A stretch of 64,000 bases of DNA from Anthoceros angustus (lineage: Eukaryota; Plantae; Anthocerotophyta), in the NCBI GenBank assembly GCA_010909165.1, contig MU008163.1:1116001-1180000 (forward strand), in the 5' to 3' direction. The position numbers and the translations under genes are program-made. Of this stretch, positions 50,906 to 63,519 are shown piece by piece. The notes under the pieces were generated by a model. The model did not search any database and had not been told where the DNA came from. It saw only the letters and a program-made list of their open reading frames with translations. The stretch's first letter is position 1. Each line of letters opens with the position of its first letter.

Positions 50906-53884
50906 CTAGCACAAATGTGGAGAAGTTAGCTTGAGTTGCTTCTTATATCTAACGTGAAGCTTCCTTGTACCTATGTGCAAGTGCTCTGCTAACTCCGCTT
51001 GCCCAAATTTCTGTGCAAAACGCCAAGTAACAAGGAACCGCAGATGAGAAGGAGTCTTTTGCGACAAGCATTCGATAAAGCAGCAAAGAGATGTTCGCAG
51101 CCACTTCCCTACCCTGATGAGATAACGAAGGTCAGGCCTTTCATCCGCCATTAGCTGAGCCTCTTGAGGTACACTGAGTGATCCAGTCCGCACAGCCTCA
51201 GCCCATACGTCGTCGTAGGGAGTTAAGTCGCTCGGGGGTTCCTGCAAATTACATAATTTCTGGAGGAGGTACGCTCGAAGTACTTCTGCAGCCCGCTCCA
51301 ACTGGACCCAATGGCTTTTCTGGATTGCAATGCACATGTAAGTTCACCCTCGCTGAGCTGAATTTTCTCGAAAACATGTAGAGAAGAGAATTTACCCCAT
51401 ATCTTTTTGGCCTGATTCCCATGTGATCAGCTACAACTCCTAGCCCTCCGTGCTGGTAAAGAGCACGGACCAGATCACCATGCTGCGCTGATCTCAGCTC
51501 ACTGATAGAAGGGAAGTGTGACCTGTCATTTTGAACAGTTAAAGTCCTGCCAGCATCCATCTGTCTCTGATTGCTACAAGGACACAACATTCACCAACAA
51601 CCATTGGTTTAAGGCAGGGACAAACGCACATACAAGCCTTTCTCCTCCATAAAGACGCGTATCTGCTCTTCAAGTGTGGCCAACAGTTTGCCAGCATTTT
51701 TTTTCTTCATTTGCGTTTTAACCCGCCTATATGGGATAGTCTGTCTGCCTAGTTCCTGAGCAACTACCCTGTAACCACCATGCAAGGCAATCTAGCAGAC
51801 AGCACAAAAGGACTTAGTTATCTTTACCGAGAGAACTGGAGTGAACGTTGCCGATGTCCAATGAACAGAAATTACCGCATGGTGTAGGTCATATCTGCCA
51901 GCATTCTTCAACGTCTTCTCTCGTGGCATTGCAGCTGTCCCAATATCATTCCTTGAGTGACTTACGGGAGTAGGGTTTGATACATCTGTTATCCGAGGTT
52001 TGTCCAACGATGTTCTCCTCGTCACTTCATTGACATAAATGAACTTTCCTGGCTTACAATACGTGGCTTAGGTAAGAGCAGAGATTACACTCAACTAAAA
52101 CAGATTTCAACCCTTTCTTGACATACATGTAGATCATACTTGTCTCGCACATCTGGTTAGCCTACTCAAAAATTCCCTGCCAACAGTATGAGGCAAACCT
52201 GTGGTTGGGTCTGCTTGCTTCACCCAGGAGCTGTTGATGAACCACTCAATCTCAGCATCAAGGTTTCTGATATCATCCCTGCACGTGACACAGCACTAGT
52301 CAATGTCCTGCTTTGACAAGGCTAAACTCCCAGTTTTCCTCCAGCTTCCGCCTGTTTTCACAACGAGTCCAGATGGTGAGGAGAACTTGCCAGAAACCAT
52401 TAGGACGTCGCCGTGCAGGGAGCCGTAAAGCTTGAGCAACAGACAAGAAGCCACCAGCATGCTACGCAACACATTTAGCAGAAGGTTTACTCAAAGAATC
52501 AAAGCTGAAGAGGCTCCAAGCGACATGCATAATACTGTCAGAATAATCAAGTCCAAAAACTCAAAAAGGAGTATACTTTCCTGCAAGCTAGTACAAGCTT
52601 CTCAACATGGGGAGCTAATTGTAGTCTATATAGTACTTACAATAATACTTTCTACAAGATCCTGTCGACCGGCTGCGAGTAACTGCCGGCGTGTTGGCAT
52701 GTATGCACTTTGAGAAAACTGAGTGTTTGGATGCACCCTTCGGAAAACCTGCCAAGAACAGGAACAGAATTGGAACCACTGGACAGATTTACTTCAGAAC
52801 ACTGAACAGAACTGGAACAATGAGACAGTATGACCAAACTTCAGATAACCACCAAACACTCAAATGGCACCTGAGGATCTCTGCTTGAACTGCCTTCTGA
52901 TTGCTCTTGTAGACAATCTGCAACACCATCCACTTGCTGCGAGCAAAATTCCAATATAGATGGACGAAGCTTCCTCAGTGCTTCCGGTCTCCTTGCCAGA
53001 TCCAGAAGACCATCCGGCGGCTCCACCATTCAGTGCAATAGCCAACAGTCTCAGATATTCCACTCCGAAATAACACAGCCTTGTAAACAAAAACAGTCCA
53101 AAAGTGATACTGTTGCAGCTCCAGAGAGAAGAAGAGTGTAACCTACGTTGATATGGAGGTGTTTTGCCTTTTCATCCACGTCCCTTACAAACTCATCCAC
53201 AAGAGGAACAAGGAACTCAATAGGCCTTGGTCTCTCTGTCACGCTTACAAGATGACCGCGCTGCCCACGAACCTCTCTCACGTTGAGGAGGTAACTTTGT
53301 TGGAGATCACCTTCATCATCACAGTCCGCCAGCCTTCTGAGTGCAACAATCTCTTTGACTCTTCCAACAAACTCGGGTTCACTGTCCAGAAAGACGAGCC
53401 AGCCTATAACATCCACAGCTCCTGTAGCCACATCTAGAGCTCTCAACTTGGATGCCTTATCAACACCACTGCCAGCTTTCTCCAATTCCCCTGTTGCAGC
53501 AACCATGTGTAAGAAGGACACCTAAAAACATCCAATAAGACAAAGCCTCGATGATTCTCCTAATGATCTTGAAATGGCAAATCAGATAAACACTCAACCT
53601 GTGTCATTCGGAAATCTAGCTCGCACATAGGACACGGCTAGTAGGAAGCCAAATTTGTGCCGAGAAAGACTTGACGGATCAAATTGCTGCCTCCCCACCA
53701 ACTTTGTCCTCTCTGGAGAACTTGGCCAGCACACGTTATGATGATCCAGTAAGGACACATTCCGAGTTCTCAGGCGAACTGAGGCTTTGACCGTGACACA
53801 GGTTGCACCTGTTCCAGAAGGACTGAAAAATGTCCAACACTGAAAATCACACAGAGACAATGATCTTCCCACATATAACTCCAT
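50906..53884 (-). CDS. Multi-exon protein: possible transit peptide, RimM-type PRC barrel, then about 4 P-x4-L-x3-GR-x-DL...GG helical repeats
   Basis: DVIGWLVF...VGRVKEIV...EFLVPLVDEFVRDVDEKAKHLHIN|PPDGLLDL; YMPTRRQLLAAGRQDLVESI|HAGGFLSVAQAL; RRPNGFW|DDIRNLDAEI; MPREKTLKNAGRYDLHHA|IALHGGYRVVAQELG; FPSISELRSAQHGDLVRALYQHGG; ERPDLRYLIR|KFG. The model needs a few 1-bp indel corrections and the 5' end is uncertain. Confidence 0.7.
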
Positions 53885-54174
53885 CGCACCGAATCCGCCC
53901 GACTGAAAGACTGCATGTCGCAAGAATTTACGGCACAAATGGTATGACGAGATGTAAAACAATCATCCTGACACAGCTAAGCTAAAGTGGTTCCCCTATA
54001 CCGTATCCAAGGTAACGAACTGCTTCCACAACCACTATTTTCACAGGCTCATAGCGAGCTAAAGGACCTAAAGCGGAACACTATAGTCAACAATCAAGCC
54101 TTGAAAATACATGATGAATTATCGTCCTCCATGATACTAGTCTACTCTTGCCCTTCTTTGCAGCAACATGAGCT

Positions 54175-54628
54175 TTACAGTTGTCTTTGATCACTCCCCT
54201 TCTCTTCCTCCCAAAGCAGAAGAGGTCTTGAAGAAGAAGCAGCGGCGGCCCCTGCAGCTCTAGATTCAGCCTCCATTGCAGTGACCTTCTCATCTGGACA
54301 ACCATCAGATAAATCATCAACCATGTGGAGCCACAGAACAAGTCTACAAAACGACAGCAAACGCACAGGCACGATTCTGGAAAACAGGATCCGAACTCCA
54401 CGGCACACAATGACTTTCACTCTTGAAAGCCACGGACAATTCTGGGCTCACAAAGCTGCAGGGTCAGCGCAGGATGGTAGCGGAAACTGCATAAGTCTAC
54501 AAAGACTCTCCAGTCCATGCAGAGGATTGCAGCTCACAGAAGCCCGTCTTGATCATGAAGAGCTCCATGCTCGCACCTATGGCACCGCCAGCCAGCACCA
54601 GCTTCATGTACCACCGCCCGTGCTGCAT
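54175..54628 (-). CDS. Small 2-exon (~70 aa) single-TM protein, UPF0640/SMIM4 (UQCC5)-like, probably mitochondrial
   Basis: MQHGRWYMKLVLAGGAIGASMELFMIKTGF|YEKVTAMEAESR...QRQL*; intron 54537-54294 is GT-AG; family assignment from recall of the plant GASMELFMIKTGFY motif. Confidence 0.75.
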
Positions 54629-54751
54629 TTCGATTCTTGCGACATCGAAGACATTTCCTCTTGGGTAGGGAAAAATTGATTATATGCATAAAGGAGATTG
54701 TTGAGACCTAATCCTCCCTCACCTCGTGAAGGACCCAGCGAAAGAGGTGCA

Positions 54752-57163
54752 ATGGGGGGGGTGCAGGCGGCGTCTCTCATCTTCTCCATCGTCAAAAGCT
54801 TGGCTGCTGCGCAACCAGTGAGTGATCTGTTGTGGTAACTGGGCAAAGAATCTGTGTTCACAGGCGTTTGATTCGTGGAAGTTCCTGATTGTTGTAAATG
54901 TGCATGCTAATTTCCAGGAGGGGGAACCATTGGCAGCAACATGTAGAGCTGCTGTGAATGCAGCTGGGCCAGCATTCGCTTCGCTGCTTGGAGAGACTCC
55001 GGAGAACCGTGATGAGGTTTGCCTCTTGTCGATCAGAATTTGTTTTTCTGCAGTTTGATGGCCTTAGGTCAAGTTCTGACCGGCCTCATCACTGGGTCAC
55101 TCTCAGATCCAGAGGGTCTTGTCAGATGCCAATGCCTTCTACGTCAAAAAGGATGCCAGTTACTCAAAATTGGAAGTTTTGAATACCTATTTGGCATCGA
55201 AGTCAGTTCTTGTTGGCCTTGGCACGAAAATCACCATTGCTGACATCGCTACATTCGTCGCTGTTCATGATGTAGTGGTATTATTTGCTTTAGGCTCCCC
55301 CTTTGTTCTTTTACACTCCATTTGGAGCTTGTATCCTGCTTGCGTGAGCAAGCAAGTTGCAGAAGGTGTAGGTGTGTGTGAGCAAGCAAGTTGCAGAAGG
55401 TGTTGGTGTACCTGAAGCTCTTCTGCGACTGGCAGGCAGGGTTAGCTGCAACAGAGCAGGAGACGCTTCCCCACTTGTTTCGATGGATTGACTACCTTCA
55501 AGTAAGCCTTCTGAAAATTCGACAACTCTTGATTGGGTGCTGTGAGTAGCCTCGGCCACCGTGACGGCTGAAAACAGATGGGATTCGTTTCTGTGATCTT
55601 AGAACAAGGAGGATGTGAATCAAGTCTATGAGCGCATCCCAGTGCAGAAGGCGAAGTTTGCCCCTCCAGTAAGTTTCCCCTCACTGTCTCACAGCGTTTA
55701 CACTAACGGCAACTGAAGTCGATGCATTCACACCTCCCCTCTCGTGATTTCCGTCCCTGATGCCTTCAGCAGCTCAGCTCATCAGCTCCATCAGCGAAGG
55801 CAGCTAAATCGTCTGTGGAAGTAACCTCAAAGAGGACACCATCAGATCCTGTTGACAAGCCGGAGGTTGCAGCTGACAAGCCTGCCAATCCAGTTGATCA
55901 ACCTCCTGCAACCAAAAAGGTGCTGACTGTGAAGCGGTAAACGTTGTCGGTTACTTTCATTCTCTTTTCCTAGTGCTAAACTTTGTGTTGGTCTAGGTCA
56001 CCACTGGGAAACCTGATGCCAATCCTCCGACACAGGGGAAACAAAGCAATGCAGCGGCAGACGTACGGGTTTGCTAGCCTTCTGTTCTTCGCTGATCGCT
56101 TCAGCTCATTATTGTAAGCTGCCCCCATGAAGTAAGTACTGTGTTGCAGGGTAAAAAAGGCAAGCAAGAAAAGGAGAAGAAGGAAAAGCCCCCGGCCCAA
56201 AAGAAGGAAGTAGACACAGATGTCAGTATCCTCAACATACGAGTAGGGCTCATCAAGAAGGCTTGGAAGCACCCCAATGCAGACGCGTAAGCACCTCTCC
56301 CCTAACTTTCTTCCTTGCATTTTCAAGGGAATCAAGGAGTCATCCCACACGCTGCCACTTCTTACGCAAGGGTATACGCAGGCTTTACGTGGAGGAAATA
56401 GATGTCGGCGAGGTCAAGGTCCGACAGATCGTCTCTGGACTAGCCAAATTTCTGACCCTTGAAGAGATGCAGGTAACACTATCCCACAGACCCAAATTAT
56501 GCTCCTCCCGTCCCTACGATCATGCTTCATGGTCTAACAGACTCTTGTTTACGATCCCTCCTTCAGAATCGAAAAGTCTTGGTTCTTACCAACGTCAAAC
56601 CAGGCAACGTCCGAGACGTCCTGTCCTCCGGCCTGGTGATTCCCCCACCCTCCTGTACACGTCACACACTTCCACATGACCCAGTCGTACAGTACGTCAC
56701 GTCCTACCCAATCTCAGCTCCTGAACCCATCTCTCCTGCAGGTCCTTTGCGCATCAAACGAAGATCACACCAAGGTGGAGCCAGTGGCCCCGCCAGAGGC
56801 AGCACCCATCGGTGAAAGGATCACCATTCAGGGGTAAGCAAAACCTCCCCTTCCTCTCCCAGTCCCAATTTCCCTCTCCCGGCCTGCCCAACATAACCCA
56901 TCCCCAACTGCAGGCACGAAGGACAACCCGAAGACCTGCTAAACCCCAAGAAGAAGCAGTTCGAGAAGATCCAACCGGTGAGTAGACTACAGTAGGGGAA
57001 AAATCCCTCTTCTGCTGTCGTCATCCCACCAACCCCTCACCATCCCTGTCTGTGGCAGGACCTACGGACGGACGGCTCAGGAGTGGCATGCTACCAGGGA
57101 ATCCCGTTCATGACCTCTGCAGGCCCCTGTACGTCCCGCATCCCCAACGCAGGCGTCAAGTGA
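54752..57163 (+). CDS. Aminoacyl-tRNA synthetase cofactor Arc1p/AIMP1-like: GST-C-like domain, Lys-rich linker, tRNA-binding OB fold
   Basis: LEVLNTYLASKSVL...ITIADIA...PHLFRWIDYLQ; LNIRVGLIKKAWKHPNAD|ALYVEEIDVGE..RQIVSGL; VLTNVKPG; NPKKKQFEKIQP|DLRTD...FMTSAGPC; multiple GT-AG introns. Confidence 0.92.
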
Positions 57164-58822
57164 CTCTCCAACGAGCTCCAACAACCCTAGCCGAGCCCGC
57201 AGAGCGGGTCGTGGAGACCGAATCGAATCGGCTCTTCACTCTCGTCGGAGAACCCAGCATGGAGCCCGGGACAGAGATGAAATGAGTAAATGCTTGCTAA
57301 ATCTGGGCCTGGAATGCTCCATGCGGACATCCTTTTTTTCCGCCATGTGGGGCCTGTCCCGCTTCGTCGTCATCCAGCCTCCGGGCAATGCATCGGACGC
57401 TTCTCACTGCAGTCCTCCACGACCCGAGTCGACCTGCTTTCCTGACTTCGCGTCTCCCTTGTCTCGGCTCTCGCCCTGGCCTGCCTGGGCCTGCCTTGAA
57501 GGCACCGCGGACTTTGACGCTGGCCACATCAGTTAACACCCGGTCAAAATTGTGATTGCCGGGTGAATCCGTTGTGGATAATGTGCCCGGCCCGTCATAC
57601 GCCTGTGCCCGTGCGGGCTTTATCTTCTCTGTTCCACCTCTTTGGACTTTCCGGCCCTGAGGGCACTTCCAGCTTTCCCGAGCATGTTTTCTATTTAGAT
57701 TCTACGTCCAACGAGTAAGTTATATCGTGTATGCTTTTCATCCATAATTTGGTCAGCGAATCAGTCACATTTTTCGAAGCCTCAAGCTTTAAATCTCAAT
57801 ACCAATGTTTTTCGTGTAGATATGTCTGTCTAGCATGATGTTCGTATTCTAGCATGATGTTCGTATTCTATCGTAAAAAGTGTTTTATTAATAGAATAAA
57901 TTTTTAAACTTATCCAACAAAAACCATGTCAGGCAGCGCATTCAATTAGAATCTCTCATCATCAAAGAGCTTGTGCAGACTTATGCACCTTTAAACAAAA
58001 ATCATCAGTAAATATTAGATGGGATCCCTATACAAAGCTACATATAAAACAACTCCCATGATAGGAAGTAGAAACAACACTAAGCAATTGTAGAAAAAGT
58101 GAGCTTGTAAGGACCTTTAACCACAAGCGCGTAGTCATTATCCAAGGCCGGATAAAAATGGTGCATTGTGATAGAAGAGGTCAAGTTGGGACACCTCTCC
58201 ACCGTCCCAACTGCAGGGCTTCTCACACATATTTTTAAATGATCACAAAACATCAACCGTTGTGCTGGCACAAGAGGACTAAATCAACATAAGGAAAGAA
58301 AGAAAAGAAGATAAAGTAGTTGAATGGTTCGAGGAAAGGAGCAATTGTGAAGATGATACAAAAGAGCTTGGCATTGTTTTTGAAGGTTAACATGTGAGAA
58401 TCAACTAATAGTACTCATTGGACAACCAATGCTAGCTCCTCGGCATTGGATGTGGACGGGAAAGAGAACTTCATAATGGGGAGGATGCATGTGTTTAGTT
58501 ATATATATCATGTTACATAAGAATTCTTGGAAATCCTCTCATTTTGGTGTTCGTGGGGGCTAGGAGCTGTACAAGTATTGTGCCATTGTTGCCTATTGTC
58601 GAAAGCCAGCATCTGGTTTTCACTACAAACCAACTGTTCAAAATGAAAACAATAATTATCAATAGGCTAGCTGCTGACTGACATTCTCAACTGCAATTGT
58701 CAGTTGCGGTTGCACACCCTGCTACTTAATTGGGGGACAAATCTATGGGACACAAATTCATACACCCTTTATTAAGAGCGGAAGTTCACACACCTGTTCA
58801 CCAAATCCAAACAACCACAAAA

Positions 58823-59678
58823 TTACAGACACAGGATAAGCTCCAACTTCCACAGCGTGAAGCTTTAACGCATAGACATTCTGAAGGCATTATGACCAAT
58901 GGATCTGAAATTACCTTGTCTGCAGCTCTTCACATCCTCTTCGGTCAAGGTGCTTCCAGGGAAGCGAACAACGAAAACCATGAAGGCAGCTGGGCAACGG
59001 TTTTATCAGGGGTATCTGCATTCATGAAGTCCAAGCCCACAATAGATAAAAGTGACTTGTTCGACCTAGAAGAAATTGCATAACAGGGTCAATCAGGGGC
59101 TACAAAACTGTGACAGTTCACCCAACGCATCGATTTAGGTGTCCAAAAATCACGGTACAACAGCGGCATCCTGGATTTCAGGGTGAGTTAGCAGGCTTCA
59201 AGTTCCGAAGGCGACACCTGTCCATCCGGAAATTGCAGGAAGAAATTGCGAGTCACTCTACTCCACTATCTTAACTAACCATAGAAGCAGGCAACTCTTG
59301 TAAGCAGAAGGACCGAATCCAAAAACTTGAAAAACTTGAAGAGGCACCTGAAAGCCGCTGTACTTAATAAGCTCGGTCCAGGGGGTCGACTATGAAGAGG
59401 TAGCCATCGTCGTTAAAGTAGCCAAGATCGCCTGTGCCAAGCCATCGATCGTTGTCCAGAACTTCGTTTGTTGCCTTAGGATCATTGTAATAGCCTGCAC
59501 AGAATTTATGTTCCCAACCATCAGTTCAAGAAGACCATCATGGAACTAGTACTGCCCATACTAGTTAGTGTAGCAGACTTTCTCCCTTCTAAGGATGTTG
59601 AGGACTTCACGCCTGCTGGCGAACGAAAGGATCAACTGATACCTTCCATGGTTCCAGGACAACGCAACCACAGCTCTC
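58823..59678 (-). pseudogene. Displaced ~0.85-kb fragment (C4) of a C1/C2-type 4CL-like gene, exon 2 (part) to exon 5
   Basis: Near-identical to 32072-32935 including C1-type intron sequence; abruptly truncated at both ends. Confidence 0.9.
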
Positions 59679-61024
59679 GGACGAGCCTTCCTCATTTGCA
59701 CCAACAAAACGTACCTGGTGCAAACACAACATGCTGTTAGCGCCCGTGGTGTGGCCTGGTGGGAATGGCATGGAGCCACTGTCCAGGCCGGCGTGGACTT
59801 CTTCACTCTTAGATGGTGAATCCGCTGGATCGCCAGCTCGAAATCCTAAAAGCCAACAACATGTTCTTGCAGCTTGCTCCTACAAACCAGGTTTTTGGCC
59901 AACTGCTTGTTCACAGCATTACAGTGATCTGTCTTGGCCTTCACACTTTGGCGGACCAGCTCCATGGTGCTCCGTTGAGTTTCTGAGTCCAACCCACCGC
60001 CATTGAGCACAAGGTCTGCTAGCTAGACCTTTGTCAAGTCCAGATCCTTCAAGGCATCCTCTTCTGCCTTAGCCAGCTTTACTCCTCATCCGTGCACGTC
60101 TCCAAGTCCTTCTTCACACGAAGTACAGCAGCCAAACTCAGCTCCATTCGAGCCCAGGGCTGCAGGTCACTTCTCTCATGCCCAAATATCTTACCTTTCA
60201 ATGGACGTATGGGTGCAAGCATGGTTTGGTGCTCATTTTAGTTAGCAACGAGTGAAACGCTCTTATTTTGTCCTCATGCAATGTCTACAATTATAAAAAA
60301 ATCATTTCTTTTCCAACTTGTCTGATTTTTTTTACAGGTTATAGTACTATCTATTTTTATCTAGGATTAAATTTTAATAAATAATAATATATTAAAACAT
60401 CCTAAAAAAATTCAACTTGAAAAAGGACAGTGTCCCTACATAGTTGGCCTTTTACCGCTCCATTTCATGAACCGTGGCCTGGGAACGGGCCCGCCCACGT
60501 GGCTTTGAAATGCTGTGAGTGTAGAAATCCTTCCCGGATTTATGGTCAACATAGAATATCATTTTTAGGGTGCAGGCGGGACTGGGGTACGTGCATACCG
60601 CCCATTGCCAAATGACCTAGGTACTCTAGAACTCAACTCGAACTCTGTAGGCTAGGCAACAATCATGACAGGGTCCAGGTCTACTAGTGCAGGACGTGGT
60701 GGAAGGAGCGGATGAGGTTCGAATAGCGCTACAAGTTGCAAGTTTGCCCGGGGCGCAGGGTTGGTGGATAAGGCAGGGGCGGTTGAGGTGCTGGTTCAAA
60801 TATGGTGGATAGGGCGGTGGCGTTGGAGGTGCTGGCTTCAAAAACAATGTTGTTTTTTGGACGGTGCTATGGCTCGGTCACCTTCCATCAGCAGTCGATG
60901 GGCGTGACTAAACGTCACCGGCGCAAGCGGCGGTGCACTTCGTGAAGGTGCTTCACGTGACGCTGGTGTCCAGGGTGTGGGAGGAAGAAGGGTAGAGAGG
61001 AATCTTGGAGGTGGACAGGTGTAG

Positions 61025-63340
61025 ATGTTAAACGAGGAGACACGTCCTCTAGAAGCGCCAAGGAGAGTAGGAGAGGATGCTCCTTCTGGGAGAGTTGAAG
61101 GAGAGGGCGTCAAAACATCAACAGTCCATGTGCAAAAGCATAGAGAGCGGCAGCGGGCTCTTGCAGCCGGTTCTGGTATTAGGGAATGCTCGGTACGTTG
61201 CAAGCAAGAAGTGGCTCATACATTAGCCAATCAGTTTTTATGCCTTCCTAGTGCATACAAAGCAGAATGTCGTAGAGACATTTTGGAGGTGTTTAGTCAC
61301 CTACCACTTCTCAAGTTGTATAGGCCAGGAGCTACAAAGGATGCAAAAGAGATCCAACTGGGAGCATTGCTGTTGAAAAATGTGCGTGAGGCTTGCACAA
61401 ACTTGAAGGCAGTTCAAGTTGGTGACCATTTGCGAGCAAGGAACACTCTGTCCAACGTCATTTTATCTCAAGATATCCAAGACAACCACCTTGTTGCTAC
61501 GCTTTCGCAGCACATTGGAGTGAGCAGGAGGCAGATCCATCGAGCCCTAAGCACAAGGCAGGGAGGGCATGTCTCTGTGAGAGATCCTAGTTGGGTGATG
61601 GAAGGAGATCAAGATCTGACATCCTTTTGCCGCATGTCAAATCCACCATTATCCACTTTTGGGAATCAGCTTCTCGTCCTTCGTCCAACATACCAAGCGG
61701 TTGCGAATAGCACCGAAATTTAAACTTTCATCAAACATATCACGCACTTTCTACACATGTCACAAGTACGTGTGGAGACCTGCAATTGGTTCTTCCCTTT
61801 TATAGTAAAGTGGAAGTTTGGCTTGCTGGGTTTCAAGTTTGGTGTGAAGCTGTTGTTGTTCTCAGGTACGTAATGTGGAAGTCTGACTTGCTGAGTTTCA
61901 AGTGTTGTCTATAAGCTATTGTTGTTCTCAAGTACATAATGTGGAAGTCTGGCTTGCTAGGTTTTGAGTTTTGTGTGAAGGTTGTTGCTGTTCTCAAGGA
62001 CGTGTCTTGGGTGTTTCTGATGTGTTTGTGTTTCCCTCCTCATAGAACCGTAGGGTGACTTCTTGTTGGGCACCTCAGGCGGTAACCCTGCTATACTGCC
62101 AAACAGAGACAGTTGGAACTGGGTATGTTACATGTTAGTGCTATTGTTGTGCTTCGTGTTTACGTCACCTAGTCACTTGGATTGCATGTTTGACCCCATT
62201 GTTACATGCACACATATGATCTGGCGAGTCCATGTGGCCTCCATTGGTGGGTGCTATTTGCTTTCACCAGCAAGGTTTCTTAGGCTGATTAGTCCATGCT
62301 TCTGTGGCATGTGCAGATGGAGTTCTACCTTCGCTTTTGTCAAGAACACCCAGAAATACTAGCCGGGCAACGGTCATTCGAGAAATTGAAGCCATTTTTT
62401 GTTAAGAGCTTGCAAGAGCGCAATCTCTGCTGCTGTCGGTACCATGTGGAAATGGCATTCCTTAAAGATGCCTTCAATGACCTTCGGGGCACAGTCTCCA
62501 GGGTTCACCCCCATGGCCAGTGTCATTGTTCATGTCTGGTGTGTGCTCATCCTTTTAGCTCAGAAGCGCTTACTTGTAACACTGCCTCCACTTGTTTGGC
62601 TTTAGTCAAGACGCTATGTGAGTGCGTTCTTTGTGCAAAGGGTGAGGATGCTGCCTGGCATGCTTGTTAGGAACATGTGATAGGTGTGGTGTCAACACAC
62701 TTCCCTTCTGCCCTTCAGAGACTTGTGTTGATATTCAGGCAGATGCTGTTCTTAAGTGGCGCTGTTTTCAATATCAAGTAGTCGGAACGGATGCTTACGG
62801 CAACAACAAGAAAAGGATCAAACTAGTGTTTAAGGAAACACATCCTTCCGTGTTTGTGGAGTATCTGAAGGTAAGGCTGAAGGAGTTTGTGTTTCATGAT
62901 TACATCCAGCGGTAGCAGGGGATAGAGTTTAGACATTGTCTCGAATGGTTCCCACAGGATGTTGTGGTTTCATTGATCGATTTTGCTTAGAACTACACAT
63001 TTGGGGTCCACAATGAGATTCAATCCATGCATTGGTAGAACGACTAGGTTACTATTTTGGTGTTGGTTTTTTTATAGGCGCAATGGACCTATTGATGCAG
63101 AGGACCCTGGCCCATCAAATGAGAAGGACTATCACTTTTATATGAGCGACAACATGGCCATGACACACTGTATTTGTGCAACACTACCTGCTAAAATAGT
63201 GACAGTGGATGCGGGATTCCCTCAACCACGAGAACACTGGTGCTAGTCAGATGGGGCAGCCAGCCAATTCAAAGCTATTCGCCCTAGCTACTTTATTGCT
63301 CGGTATCCTAGCATCACATGTGAGTGTAACATGCTATGCA
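61025..63340 (+). mobile_element. Decayed DDD DNA transposase, Sola2-like
   Basis: FYLRFCQEHPEI..GQRSFEKLKPFFV...RNLCCCRYH; LGTCDRCG; LIDFA*NY..EIQSMHW; YMSD..HD; W C*SDGAASQFK. Several stops and frameshifts; superfamily assigned from motif recall. Confidence 0.7.
61810..62000 (+). repeat. Three-copy ~65-bp minisatellite in a probable intron of the transposase
   Basis: GTGGAAGT(T/C)TG at 61810, 61875 and 61941. Confidence 0.85.
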
Positions 63341-63519
63341 GCCGTTTTACAAAATGTTTTTGGCTCTGAAGTCTTGTGACCCAAATTCTGGTGCTATAAC
63401 GCAGATGTGGTTTTGTTGATATCTGTGTCATTGCTCTGATAGATGTGCGGTTGGGAGTGGGAGCTCAAATTTGTTCACATTGTTTCGGGTGCTGAGTTTA
63501 CCAAACTATGCTGTCACAC

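Noticed and set aside
27574-57163. Complete biosynthetic gene cluster
   Set aside because: No P450, PKS, terpene synthase, acyltransferase or similar partner gene is recognisable in the window; the neighbours are housekeeping or signalling genes.
57297-57539. 80-aa minus-strand ORF downstream of the Arc1p-like gene
   Set aside because: No recognisable motif or splice support; probably UTR or intergenic sequence.
60560-60630. Possible Helitron 3' end (CTAG preceded by a weak hairpin)
   Set aside because: The hairpin is imperfect and no matching 5' TC end or A/T insertion site was found.
61810-62000. Short spaced repeats as a possible CRISPR array
   Set aside because: Whole ~65-bp units are similar with no unique spacers; eukaryotic context and no cas genes.
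62900-63260. Clustered in-frame TAG stops in the transposase suggesting amber read-through or recoding
   Set aside because: Most are single changes from TGG or CAG, consistent with methyl-C deamination; frameshifts are also present and host genes use the standard code.
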